Source: a virus
Lineage: Duplodnaviria; Caudoviricetes
Length of the DNA stretch: 64,000 bases
Reading direction: 5' to 3' (one strand)
Virus record (IMG/VR): IMGVR_UViG_3300014208_000023
Coordinates: 256,001 to 320,000 of that record
Shown piece by piece: positions 19,280 through 28,618 of the stretch (within the stretch, counting starts at the first letter, position 1; each line of letters starts with the position of its first letter). A program made the translations under genes and the position numbers. The notes beneath the pieces are model-generated. The model did no database searches. It had not been told where the DNA came from and saw nothing but the letters and a program-made list of their open reading frames with translations.

Positions 19280-19849
19280 TCAATCCTTTATAAAAACTCC
19301 AACTTGGATATCAACTCTCTTAAGGACTATAATATCTTCTTGCGGAACTTTTGATAGTTCAAAATCCAAATCTTCCCCATATAAAATAGATTTTACTTTT
19401 TCTTCTATTACATCTAATGATCCGCACATTATAATTTTGCCGGATATCATTAAAATATATTGGCCAACATCTGGAACCATTGATTCCTCCGTCTTATTAG
19501 AATCCAAATCAATAAAGTCGCCATTCTCAATTGCTTCTGACATTTCTTTTTCTGAAGAAAAACCAAAATTTAAAAACTCATTATTATCTATGATGTGGCT
19601 GTCTTTTTTGCTAGCTGATTGATGGCGCTTCCCTTCTTGATCAAAGGAAGCTCCATCAACCTCAGATATGGTATCTGGTGATAGCGGGGTTTTTCCTGGA
19701 GAAAAAGCTATTGGTAGTAAAGACTCTGGCCGAGCATAATTGTTAGGATTTATAGTGGTTGGATTGATTCCAAGCCTCTCATATTCTGGCGTTCTAATTT
19801 CTACTGGTCTAGGACGATTCCTATTGGGATTCTTTACTACGTCTGACAT
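19280..19849 (-). CDS. Hypothetical protein
   Basis: 189-aa ORF overlapping the bS21 stop. Confidence 0.7.
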   Translation of the reverse strand: MSDVVKNPNRNRPRPVEIRTPEYERLGINPTTINPNNYARPESLLPIAFSPGKTPLSPDTISEVDGASFDQEGKRHQSASKKDSHIIDNNEFLNFGFSSEKEMSEAIENGDFIDLDSNKTEESMVPDVGQYILMISGKIIMCGSLDVIEEKVKSILYGEDLDFELSKVPQEDIIVLKRVDIQVGVFIKD

Positions 19850-20244
19850 TAAACTTCTCCAAGCTCTTTGGTTCTAACGCTTCGCTGGCGCATTTTCTGC
19901 TCTTTGCGAACCTGCTTCTTTGCCTTCTCTTTTTCATATTCTCCAGAGATGATTTTTTTCATCTTCATCTCTTCTTTATATGCGTTTTGAATTGCCTCTG
20001 ATTGCTTACGGCGTTTTTTATCCGAAGGCTTTTCATATCGTGACTTCTCTTTATATTCCGAGAGAATATTTTCTGACTGGACTATCTGCCTAAATGTCTT
20101 CATTGCTCTCTCAAAACCATTTCCAAAAACCTGAACTTGTAGTGGTTTGAAATAATTTGAGTCAATTTCCTGAGGGATTGATGACTTTTCTACTGCTGGG
20201 GACTTACTTTTTTTCATTTTCTTCTTCTTTCTCTTTCCGAACAT
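19849..20244 (-). CDS. rpsU: Phage-encoded ribosomal protein bS21 homologue with N- and C-terminal basic extensions
   Basis: VQVFGNGFERAMKTFRQIVQSENILSEYKEKSRYEKPSDKKRRKQSEA matches the bS21 core (YEKPS). Confidence 0.85.
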   Translation of the reverse strand: MFGKRKKKKMKKSKSPAVEKSSIPQEIDSNYFKPLQVQVFGNGFERAMKTFRQIVQSENILSEYKEKSRYEKPSDKKRRKQSEAIQNAYKEEMKMKKIISGEYEKEKAKKQVRKEQKMRQRSVRTKELGEV

Positions 20245-20271
20245 AGCTGCGAAAACCTTGTGCCATAGTAA

Positions 20272-20299
20272 CCTATAAATTCATTCATATCCGTGTCAA
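20272..20299 (-). promoter_or_regulatory. Possible sigma70-type promoter for bS21
   Basis: TTGACA-N16-TATAGG; weak -10. Confidence 0.3.
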
Positions 20300-20361
20300 A
20301 TATCTTATTAAGATCTCTTATTTCTTGCTCTAACTCACCATCAGTTAGGGTGGCCACATTT

Positions 20362-22128
20362 TCATTCATTTTTCACCATACTCTTTGTGTTTTTACAAAT
20401 CGGCCACTGGTTACATCCAAAAAACTCATCGTTGTTTTTGGATTTTCGTTTAATCATTACTCCACCACAAGAACATATATCGTGACCATCCTTAATATAT
20501 GCTGCGTCTAACTGCTTTTTGAATTCTATATAAAATTCTTTTAGAACATCTAGTGAATTCAGCTTACCTTCCGCTATCTTATCGAGTTTCACCTCCATAT
20601 TTGAGGTATAGTCGTAGCTAACAAAAGAGAAAAATTGCTCTAAAAGCTCTGTGATATCCCGGCCTATTTTGGTTGGCCTAAAAGTAGAGCCTTGTTTTTC
20701 TACATAATTTCGCGCAGTAATGGTTTTGATAATTGACGCATATGTAGCTGGACGACCTATTCCTTTAGCCTCTAGATCTTCTAGGATGGTAAAGTCATTA
20801 TATCGCGAAGGGGGCTGCGTGAATTTTTGCTCTGACTTAATGCTTTTTGGATTAAGCCTAACCGGATCTCCCTTACTTAATAAAGGAAGGTCTATCGTCC
20901 CAACTTCTTTTTTGCCAAAGATCGATAGATATCCAGGATCTTTTAAGGCCTTACCAGATGTTTTGAATACTAGCTTGTTATTTTTGATTCCAACCAAACG
21001 AATTTGCATAGTAGAATAAATCGCCGGAGTCATTTGAGACGCCAAGAAATGTTCAAAAATAGTTCTATATACCATCTGATCATCACCAGACAACATTTTA
21101 GAGTCTGGAGAATTATCAAGATTGGTTGGCCTTAAGCACTCGTGTCCTGCTTGAGCATTTCCTTTGTCTTCGTATTTGACCGGAGATTTTGGAATAGCAA
21201 ACCCTTTATTAGTCAAATACTCACGTGCAGGTCCGAGTGCGTCATCTGAAATTCTAACGCTATCAGTTCTTAAATATGTAATGTATCCGCTTTCATATAA
21301 GAACTGGGCAGCCTTCATTGTTCTTTCGGCATCCCACCCATGCTCCTTCGCCATAATTTGCTGGAGTCTAATTGTAATTAGAGGGGCAAATGGTCCTTTA
21401 GGCTTGTTTTGACTTTGGACCGAAGAAACGACGAAACCTTCTTCAGCTGATATTTGATTAACATACTTGTCAGCTTCTTCCTTATTTTTGATTTTGATGT
21501 CGAACTTACCGGCAAATGTTTGTTTATCTTTAGTGCCAAATTCAGCATAAATATTCCAAAATTCTTCTCGCTTAAAGTTTTCAATTGATTTCTCCAGATC
21601 TACTATTAGTTTAGTGACTGCGCTTTGAACTCTACCTGAAGATAGAGTTGTTTTATAATGATTGCTGATAAAAGGAGAGCAGCTAAATCCTACGAGACGA
21701 TCAATTATTCTTCTATTCTCTTGAGAAGAAACTAGATTTTGATCAATTTCTTTTTTATTTTTAATACCATTTTTGATTCCTGCTTTGGTTATCTCGCCAA
21801 ACAAAGCTCTCTTAATTGGTTTATTGAAACTTTTTAGATATCGATTTAGATCCCAGGCAATCTTTTCACCTTCACGATCAGGGTCGGAACAAATCAAGAT
21901 CTCATCGCACTTTTGCGCCGAGTCAAGAATGGTTTGCAGAGTGGATACCTTATCTTTCATAAGCATATATGTTGGTTCGAAGTTATTCTTAACATCAACG
22001 CCCATTTGATTGGTTGGAAGATCGGCTATATGGCCATAACAAGCCAGCACCTCATAATCTTTACCCAGGTATTGACCTATGCTTTGAGCTTTTTTATTGC
22101 TTTCGACCACTATTAATGTTTTACTCAT
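20362..22128 (-). CDS. topA: DNA topoisomerase IA with a single C-terminal zinc ribbon
   Basis: IVVES, DPDREGE, SGRVQS, active-site GYITYLRTDS, GIGRPATY. Confidence 0.97.
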   Translation of the reverse strand: MSKTLIVVESNKKAQSIGQYLGKDYEVLACYGHIADLPTNQMGVDVKNNFEPTYMLMKDKVSTLQTILDSAQKCDEILICSDPDREGEKIAWDLNRYLKSFNKPIKRALFGEITKAGIKNGIKNKKEIDQNLVSSQENRRIIDRLVGFSCSPFISNHYKTTLSSGRVQSAVTKLIVDLEKSIENFKREEFWNIYAEFGTKDKQTFAGKFDIKIKNKEEADKYVNQISAEEGFVVSSVQSQNKPKGPFAPLITIRLQQIMAKEHGWDAERTMKAAQFLYESGYITYLRTDSVRISDDALGPAREYLTNKGFAIPKSPVKYEDKGNAQAGHECLRPTNLDNSPDSKMLSGDDQMVYRTIFEHFLASQMTPAIYSTMQIRLVGIKNNKLVFKTSGKALKDPGYLSIFGKKEVGTIDLPLLSKGDPVRLNPKSIKSEQKFTQPPSRYNDFTILEDLEAKGIGRPATYASIIKTITARNYVEKQGSTFRPTKIGRDITELLEQFFSFVSYDYTSNMEVKLDKIAEGKLNSLDVLKEFYIEFKKQLDAAYIKDGHDICSCGGVMIKRKSKNNDEFFGCNQWPICKNTKSMVKNE

Positions 22129-22307
22129 TTTTTGATCCGTTCTTTATTTCTCATCTTATCTAGGCCACTAAATGTAGCTTTTTGCCCAGAAAGCTCATTT
22201 GCTGGTCCCCAAAAATATCCACAATTTTGGTGGTTATTACAATCAGTTACCCCGTCATGCAAAATACAGAGGCGGAATATTAAATATGGACGATTATCTT
22301 TATTCAT
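22125..22307 (-). CDS. Small Cys/His-containing hypothetical protein
   Basis: TGA overlaps the topA ATG (ATGA); overlaps the plus-strand gene head-to-head. Confidence 0.45.
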   Translation of the reverse strand: MNKDNRPYLIFRLCILHDGVTDCNNHQNCGYFWGPANELSGQKATFSGLDKMRNKERIKK

Positions 22308-22720
22308 TTTATTGTATTCTCTATGTGGAGTATTTTAAATCTCTTAATGATTATTTTCAAATTGAATTGCAAAAGCTTGAATGTGAAGATGAGCTTAAGG
22401 TATATATAATAAGCATATTTTCTAAATATAAAACATCTGAAAATGATTTATCTAAACAAAGTTTAACAATTGAGTATGCTTCGGCCAAGTTTAAAAGAGA
22501 CTTTGCAAAATTTCAAGACATTGGTGATTGGATTTTTTATACCAATACTCTCTATCCGGAGAGTTTAAATAATGCCTCTAGAAATTATTATTATTCGGTT
22601 GGGCAGATGAGCTATTACTCTTGCTACACTATGGTAAGAGATTGGAAGCTATACGAACAAATGGCAGATAGATTTATTGATTTAAGCGAAACGTCACGAA
22701 AAATCATTCGTAAATTCTAA
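22286..22720 (+). CDS. Conserved hypothetical protein (bacterial GDxxLF...YYxxxG family)
   Basis: FQDIGDWIFYTNTLYPESL...YYYSVGQMSY...LYEQMADRF; start reassigned to MDDY. Confidence 0.7.
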   Translation: MDDYLYSFYCILYVEYFKSLNDYFQIELQKLECEDELKVYIISIFSKYKTSENDLSKQSLTIEYASAKFKRDFAKFQDIGDWIFYTNTLYPESLNNASRNYYYSVGQMSYYSCYTMVRDWKLYEQMADRFIDLSETSRKIIRKF

Positions 22721-23495
22721 TTTTTGTTTTATAAATTCTGCTTTTGTTTCTTTTGGCTCTAACGCACTCCATTGAGTTAAGGTCTATACATAATAAACTT
22801 TGTGGGGCGTTGTCTCCTAACACAAGATAAGTAGGGTATATCGCGGCCTTTTTGCCAGCGTTATGAACGCCTACCATTATCTTACCGTGTTCCATCATCT
22901 TCTCGACATCTAAAAAATTACCACCGCGCCAAGCTCTTTGGTAGCGAAGGTTGGCTGTGTTGTCAAACGCAAATGTAGTTTGGTTAGTTTCTTCTAGCGG
23001 AAGGCTTGTATTCCAGCCTCCATGAAAGAAGAAAAAATCCTCACACGCGTGTGTGTATGTGAGTGACTGAAGAAACTGAATATGGATATTCGGTATAATA
23101 TCTTTAAGCCTCATTTGTGGTATAGATGCTGCCGGTTCTTTTAGCCTAGCTACTTTCAAATAGCCAGTTAAAGTTGTGCTTCCACCATTTTGAATCCAAT
23201 ACTGGTAATCCTTTTCTGTTCCAGTTATAGCCTTAAGCATCATATGCTCATGATCGCCAATAAGAAAAATGGCTCGGTCACCATATTCTTCCTTAATGGA
23301 AATCAAGGAGTCCAACACTTTGCCGCCATCTTCGTCACCATCAATATATCCGCCAAGCATAATGAGAGTATCTTCTTGCCCCTTAAATTTTCGAAGGGGC
23401 AATACTCTATTTAAAATGACTTCCAGACTTGCCAGATTTCCTCTAACCTCTGGAATGACATAGATGCTTTTAAAACTCGGTCGCCACTTTCTCAC
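22704..23495 (-). CDS. PPP-type metallophosphoesterase homologue with degenerate catalytic motifs
   Basis: PEVRG (for GDIHG), LGGYIDGD (for LGDYIDRG), GDHE (for GNHE), FHGG. Confidence 0.8.
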   Translation of the reverse strand: MRKWRPSFKSIYVIPEVRGNLASLEVILNRVLPLRKFKGQEDTLIMLGGYIDGDEDGGKVLDSLISIKEEYGDRAIFLIGDHEHMMLKAITGTEKDYQYWIQNGGSTTLTGYLKVARLKEPAASIPQMRLKDIIPNIHIQFLQSLTYTHACEDFFFFHGGWNTSLPLEETNQTTFAFDNTANLRYQRAWRGGNFLDVEKMMEHGKIMVGVHNAGKKAAIYPTYLVLGDNAPQSLLCIDLNSMECVRAKRNKSRIYKTKIRIYE

Positions 23496-24001
23496 TATAT
23501 TCCTAACGCTTTAATTTCTTCTTTTGAAAGTTTAGATTTGGCAGATTTTAATGCGGCTAATTTTGCCAGCTTCTTTTTTTCTAATTTAAGAGCCTTATTC
23601 TTTTTTTCATCGGCCTCCCATTTTGGGAATAAGTTCTTGCCATCAATGAGTTCATTTTCAAAATCTTCAAACAACCATCTATATGGCATTCCCTGGGTTA
23701 GACTATATTTTTCGCCTTCCAATATGGCATTAAACTTTTCTCGAATATGCCCTTTGTCACTACAATAATAAATGATTGGGCCAAGATCGATATACTCCGG
23801 CATATGAATTAATGATAATAGATCGCCAAGCTCATTTTCTTCGGCACCATCGACATACCACCCTTCAAGATTGTAACCAAAAACTTCCCAAATTTTTTTA
23901 AGAATAAAGTCAATCCTATCTTCAATCATCCCATTGATTGTAGCTAATTCTTTGAGTAATTCATCTTGTTTATCAAAAATATCTAAATCTAGTGGTTTCA
24001 T
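23495..24001 (-). CDS. Hypothetical protein
   Basis: 168-aa ORF with basic C-terminal helix. Confidence 0.75.
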   Translation of the reverse strand: MKPLDLDIFDKQDELLKELATINGMIEDRIDFILKKIWEVFGYNLEGWYVDGAEENELGDLLSLIHMPEYIDLGPIIYYCSDKGHIREKFNAILEGEKYSLTQGMPYRWLFEDFENELIDGKNLFPKWEADEKKNKALKLEKKKLAKLAALKSAKSKLSKEEIKALGI

Positions 24002-25299
24002 TTTTCTTCCTTAAGTTTGGACTGAACTTTTTCTACAAGAATTTTTTTCAATCTATTAACATAAACGAATCCTCCCATTTGATAATGAGGAGGTATTCTC
24101 AAGTGTTTAATTTTTACTTTGGTTCCAGGCTTGACAATCGTTGGATCCATACATACCTTAAGGCAACTGTATTCTCTTACCTTGTCAAGCAGAGACTCTC
24201 CAGTTGCTTCATCGGTAATTTCAAGTATCTTGCCAATATAATATGGCTGACAATAGTATCCGCCTCTACCACCAACATATATTTCTTGAGTTAGATTTGG
24301 TATCTCAAAACTTTCATTCACTTCTGCGCTAAATATACTTTCTCCACCAAAAATACTTAATCTTTCATCTAGAAGAGATGTTATGTGATGTTCTTGTCCT
24401 TTTTGAGTATATGAAAATGGCAGATTTTTTTCTAGGTGAGAAATAAATTCTTGTAGAATTTTTGATTGAATCTTACCGCCACCACTAGCTCTTCCAGAAC
24501 TACTTAAATAAGGAATTACTTCTTCAGGGTATTTATCCAGAGAAGAGCTAAATGCTTTATACATACACAACTTAATTACATAAGTTGCTGGGAACCCACG
24601 GAAGTGTAGAGTTCTTATTTGAGCATCAATACATTCATTGATAACCCTATAGGCCTTATCAACTTCCTCTTGCGCAGAAAGCCTTGCAACTCCGGTAGAT
24701 ACGGAATCTGCAAAATGCTCTAGATTAGAAGATACTGCCGTCCTATTGATTTTTACAGCAGGATGATGCATCTTGTTTAGGGATGTCTGCTCTCCTTCAA
24801 ATGCGCAGTTTTTGTATGGGCACTTTGTATGACCGCTATTGTTTTCTGGTATAAACTTTGAGCAATCTGGACACTTATATCCAACCGCCGAATGTATAGA
24901 GAACGTTTCGTGCAAAAGAATATCTTTGGCCGAATTTGAGTTGTTACCAATTTCTTTAAAACAATTGGCGCAACACAATCCGTCAGAGGTGAAGCTCAAT
25001 ACTTCTATGTGGTTATTTTCTTTGCATCCCGGACAAATTAGGGTGCTTGTTCTATTTTCATTTACAAGCTTTAAATTAGCAAGCCTTAATGTTCCATACA
25101 AATATGAATCCAAGTAATTAGTGTCTTTATCCTTGGATACGTAATTGTCATAGGCGTTGTCAAGTGCCGATTTCATTATTGACTTAAACGCTGAAAATGC
25201 AACGCCAGAACGATCGTATGTTGCGTTGCTCATTTTATGGATAGTGCCGTTATACTTATCCATAAATGAATTTACATAATTCTCTTCAGTTTGAAGCAT
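23998..25299 (-). CDS. Multi-zinc-ribbon protein; N-terminus weakly sigma70 region-2-like
   Basis: CPGC, CANC, CPDC, CPYKNC; helical N-terminal segment ending YLDSYLYGTLR. Confidence 0.6.
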   Translation of the reverse strand: MLQTEENYVNSFMDKYNGTIHKMSNATYDRSGVAFSAFKSIMKSALDNAYDNYVSKDKDTNYLDSYLYGTLRLANLKLVNENRTSTLICPGCKENNHIEVLSFTSDGLCCANCFKEIGNNSNSAKDILLHETFSIHSAVGYKCPDCSKFIPENNSGHTKCPYKNCAFEGEQTSLNKMHHPAVKINRTAVSSNLEHFADSVSTGVARLSAQEEVDKAYRVINECIDAQIRTLHFRGFPATYVIKLCMYKAFSSSLDKYPEEVIPYLSSSGRASGGGKIQSKILQEFISHLEKNLPFSYTQKGQEHHITSLLDERLSIFGGESIFSAEVNESFEIPNLTQEIYVGGRGGYYCQPYYIGKILEITDEATGESLLDKVREYSCLKVCMDPTIVKPGTKVKIKHLRIPPHYQMGGFVYVNRLKKILVEKVQSKLKEEK

Positions 25300-26281
25300 T
25301 AAAAACCTCTTTGGCATCAGTGAAAGCTGCTTGAAATCTCACATAATCATTATTATAATTTTTTATGATGGCGTCACCATTTCCTACTAATAGCTCTGCT
25401 CCGTTTTGGTCAAGAATAACTCTACTATCGGTCTTGCTAGAAACCTTGAATGCAATCCTTGCCGGCAGATTTGCTTTGATCACGCCCTTAATAACATCGA
25501 CAGATGGTCGTTGAGTGGCTACTATACAATAGATACCGGCCGCCCTGCATTTTTGCGTTAAGCAGCAGATCAGGTTATATAGCTTGTCGTCAGAGTCTTG
25601 CATAATTAAGTCTGCAAACTCGTCGATTATTAGAACGTAAGGCGGAAAGTCGGCTAGAGTATAATTATCTCCACGAAGCCATCCATATCTAAATTCCATT
25701 TCTGAAATTAAATATTCCAAGACATCACACGCAAGCTTATATGTATTGTATATTGAAATGTTTCTGAACTTTTTGGCGAATGGTAAAAACTCCATATCTT
25801 TTGTATCAACAACCAAAACGTTGGCGTAGGACATCAAAAGAAGATTGGCTATTATGGTATGAAGCATAACGCTTTTGCCGGCTCCGGTTGCCCCAGCGAT
25901 AAGCATATGTGGGTTTTTAGAGAAGTCGGCCCATATATCTTTGCCATCAATTGAGCTGCCTAAATACACTGGCAACTTATAATCTGACGGCGGAGATGAT
26001 TTCTTTAATTCAGTAAGAAGATCTAATTTGTGTGGCTTATCATCCATAACCTCGACTTGAACTATTCCTGTTTCAGTAATTGGTTTAAAAGTAAGCTTGC
26101 TTTTTGCATGTAGTGCTAGCGCCATTTCTTCCGAGAATTTCTGAAGAGATTGAATTCTCGTCCCAGGAGAAAGATTGAGGCCATATAGTGACATATTTCG
26201 CACCTTCGTATGCGAAACGCACTGCGCCTGAATCCTAAATGCCTTAAGGATATCGTTTAAGTTCTGTTCTTGTTCTGTCAT
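25286..26281 (-). CDS. ftsK: FtsK/SpoIIIE motor (alpha+beta) only; no membrane or gamma domain
   Basis: PHMLIAGATGAGKS, IIDEFADL, ATQRPSVDVI, ARIAFKV, GAELLVGNGD. Confidence 0.9.
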   Translation of the reverse strand: MTEQEQNLNDILKAFRIQAQCVSHTKVRNMSLYGLNLSPGTRIQSLQKFSEEMALALHAKSKLTFKPITETGIVQVEVMDDKPHKLDLLTELKKSSPPSDYKLPVYLGSSIDGKDIWADFSKNPHMLIAGATGAGKSVMLHTIIANLLLMSYANVLVVDTKDMEFLPFAKKFRNISIYNTYKLACDVLEYLISEMEFRYGWLRGDNYTLADFPPYVLIIDEFADLIMQDSDDKLYNLICCLTQKCRAAGIYCIVATQRPSVDVIKGVIKANLPARIAFKVSSKTDSRVILDQNGAELLVGNGDAIIKNYNNDYVRFQAAFTDAKEVFNASN

Positions 26282-26325
26282 ACGTCATAATATAAATCGT
26301 CTGCGGCATTTTGTCAAGTTGCCGC
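26282..26325 (-). promoter_or_regulatory. Sigma70-type promoter giving a probable leaderless ftsK mRNA; -35 flanked by an inverted repeat
   Basis: TTGACA (26317-26312), N17, TATATT (26294-26289), 7 nt, then ATG; GCGGCA-N11-TGCCGC brackets the -35. Confidence 0.65.
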
Positions 26326-26330
26326 TATCG

Positions 26331-26720
26331 CTAATAATTTATACTGTTAGACAGAAGTATTTTCGATAACGAGCTTGGGTGATACTCCATAGCTATTTCG
26401 TCACCGACCTTCATTCCCATTCCATCGGACTTACCGAATGGCATTTCCAAAACCAAATCTGATAAATGATTGCCGCCAATAAGCTCGGTTGAGTTTGGTT
26501 TTCCGTGGCATATAGAAACTATCTTGTTTTTAAGGCAGAAAATTATGTCAAGAGGCTGTGGGGTTCTAGACATCCAAAATTTATTGATGCGTGGTTCAGT
26601 ATAAACGAATGCCATCGCTGGTGGTAAATTTTGCTCATACATAAGGCCTTTCTGCTGCTCATCAGCAGTTATTGCTAATACGGCAGGTATCTTATGATTT
26701 TTGTATTTCAAATAATCCAT
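26331..26720 (-). CDS. DUF192 family protein
   Basis: EQQKGLM...FWMSRTPQPLDIIF...VLEM. Confidence 0.85.
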   Translation of the reverse strand: MDYLKYKNHKIPAVLAITADEQQKGLMYEQNLPPAMAFVYTEPRINKFWMSRTPQPLDIIFCLKNKIVSICHGKPNSTELIGGNHLSDLVLEMPFGKSDGMGMKVGDEIAMEYHPSSLSKILLSNSINY

Positions 26721-28246
26721 TATAAAATTCTTCTTTTCATATCTCTACGGAATTCGTTCTGAAGAACTGAATCCATAAACGGATTGGTATTTGGCTGCTT
26801 TTCTTTTCGTTTTTTGGAATACTCTTTAAAAGCATGTTGCCTATAAATTATATTGAGAACTCCAAGTCTATCTTGTATTTTTTTGGACTCGACCTCAATA
26901 TCTTTTATGGAGTCGTTTAAAAGACTGTCATCAATTTTCTTTTCTAAAGAATTCATCATTTTTTGAAGAATTTTTTTAATTGATTCGACGGAATCAGAAA
27001 TTTTTAATCTATGAATGGCCGTTTTATTTGAGCCTCTTAAGCCTATCCATTTCTTTTTTAAGAATCTAGTTATGAAATTGTGTGATAATTTGATTATCTC
27101 ATCTGAGCTAAATTCAGATCTTTTTAGAATCTCCTCTAGTTGATTCTTTTTTACATCATTCTTTTCATTATTTATGAGAGTAGAAAGAGCCATTTTAAGA
27201 GTATCATGATCCTGAATCATTTTGTCATATAGTTCTACCGCTAGGGCTAGATTTTTGCTCCGAGCCGCGGCGCTAAATTCTTTTACTATGCTGAGTAATT
27301 TTAGACACTCACTTTTTAGTGGCAATGAAGAGCTATGAATTACTCCGGTGTCATAATTAATGATTTTTACGGTTGCTTTTATTTCTTTAGGATCTGGCAA
27401 CTGCCTTACTGATTCTTGTTGTTTAGACGATGCTGGTTGAGATGCTGGTGAGTGATCTGGTCCAGGATTGTTTAGCATGTCATGAAGAAGCTCATTTCCC
27501 TTTGGTTTATTGGGCGCTCCACCTGGCTTTGCGCTGGTGTCTGGATCATCTTCAGATATTGAACTTTTAAATACCTGAAGATTGGCGTGAATTGATTGTA
27601 GCTCATATATTGATTCTGGAATTGATTCTATATCAAATGATAATATTGAGTTTTCTAAATCTAGAAAATTATCATACATCTCTGCCGCCGAACGTAATAG
27701 CCCAACTCTTCTTTTTAAATCCTTTTCCTTATTCCACGGATTAAGTGGTTTTAAGTATTGAATGGCTCTAGATGGGGCTGATGATGAATATTTCTCCAAA
27801 AAATCAGATTTTGACATTGCTACATTTGAAAGAAATGAATCAACTGCAGTATTTTTTTCTTGAGCACTTTCTGCTGGTTGATTTTGTTCTGGCTTTGCTT
27901 CTGGAATGCCTGATTTTGGCTGCTTTGGTAGCTGAGGCTTTTTCTCTTGCTTCTTGCGTCTATGTTGAGAATAAGCATTTTGTTCAGCTATAATAGACCC
28001 TGCCCCGCCAACCAGCGTTTGAAATTGGGAAGTTAGTGCTCCCAATAACGCGGATATTTCGCCGGGCAAAGGATCTTTTATATTTGATGGAGGTATGCCA
28101 AAACGCGAATCTCCACGGCCATTTAAGCCATTTTTAAGCCCCATAACATGCGCTACGAATTCCTTTTGAGCATCTTTCCATTCGCTTTTATGGTCTCGTA
28201 GGGCTTGCTGAGCAGGATCAGTAGATCTTTTTTTAGCTTTAGGCAT
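26720..28246 (-). CDS. Large hypothetical protein (possibly virion)
   Basis: 508-aa ORF of helical blocks separated by P/Q/K/S linkers. Confidence 0.75.
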   Translation of the reverse strand: MPKAKKRSTDPAQQALRDHKSEWKDAQKEFVAHVMGLKNGLNGRGDSRFGIPPSNIKDPLPGEISALLGALTSQFQTLVGGAGSIIAEQNAYSQHRRKKQEKKPQLPKQPKSGIPEAKPEQNQPAESAQEKNTAVDSFLSNVAMSKSDFLEKYSSSAPSRAIQYLKPLNPWNKEKDLKRRVGLLRSAAEMYDNFLDLENSILSFDIESIPESIYELQSIHANLQVFKSSISEDDPDTSAKPGGAPNKPKGNELLHDMLNNPGPDHSPASQPASSKQQESVRQLPDPKEIKATVKIINYDTGVIHSSSLPLKSECLKLLSIVKEFSAAARSKNLALAVELYDKMIQDHDTLKMALSTLINNEKNDVKKNQLEEILKRSEFSSDEIIKLSHNFITRFLKKKWIGLRGSNKTAIHRLKISDSVESIKKILQKMMNSLEKKIDDSLLNDSIKDIEVESKKIQDRLGVLNIIYRQHAFKEYSKKRKEKQPNTNPFMDSVLQNEFRRDMKRRIL

Positions 28247-28273
28247 TCAGAAATATGCGAAAATAGTGGGATA

Positions 28274-28618
28274 CTATCTGGCCCTATTCTTTTTAAGTAT
28301 TTCTAGCTCTTCCGCGCAGCTAATACACGTATTAAATACTGGATTGAATAATAGTCTTTTTTCGGCAATATAATCACCACATGACTCACATTGACCAAAA
28401 TTAGCGCCAGTAGAAATCTTTTTAAGAGCGGCCTCTATTTTGACCAGTTTTTCTTGTTTTCTAGCAAGAATTTGAGCATCACTACGGGCAATTATTTTGG
28501 CCTGAATTTCGTCGGTCTCATCACCTTCAAAATCAATATCTGGCTGATGATTTTTAATGAAAATAACGATTTCTTCTTTTTGCTGCTCAAGAAGTGTTTT
28601 GAATTTATTTAGTGTCAT
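28274..28618 (-). CDS. dksA: DksA/TraR family RNA-polymerase-binding factor
   Basis: Coiled-coil tip GDETDE (DxxD); CESC...RL...P....CISC zinc finger. Confidence 0.9.
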   Translation of the reverse strand: MTLNKFKTLLEQQKEEIVIFIKNHQPDIDFEGDETDEIQAKIIARSDAQILARKQEKLVKIEAALKKISTGANFGQCESCGDYIAEKRLLFNPVFNTCISCAEELEILKKNRAR

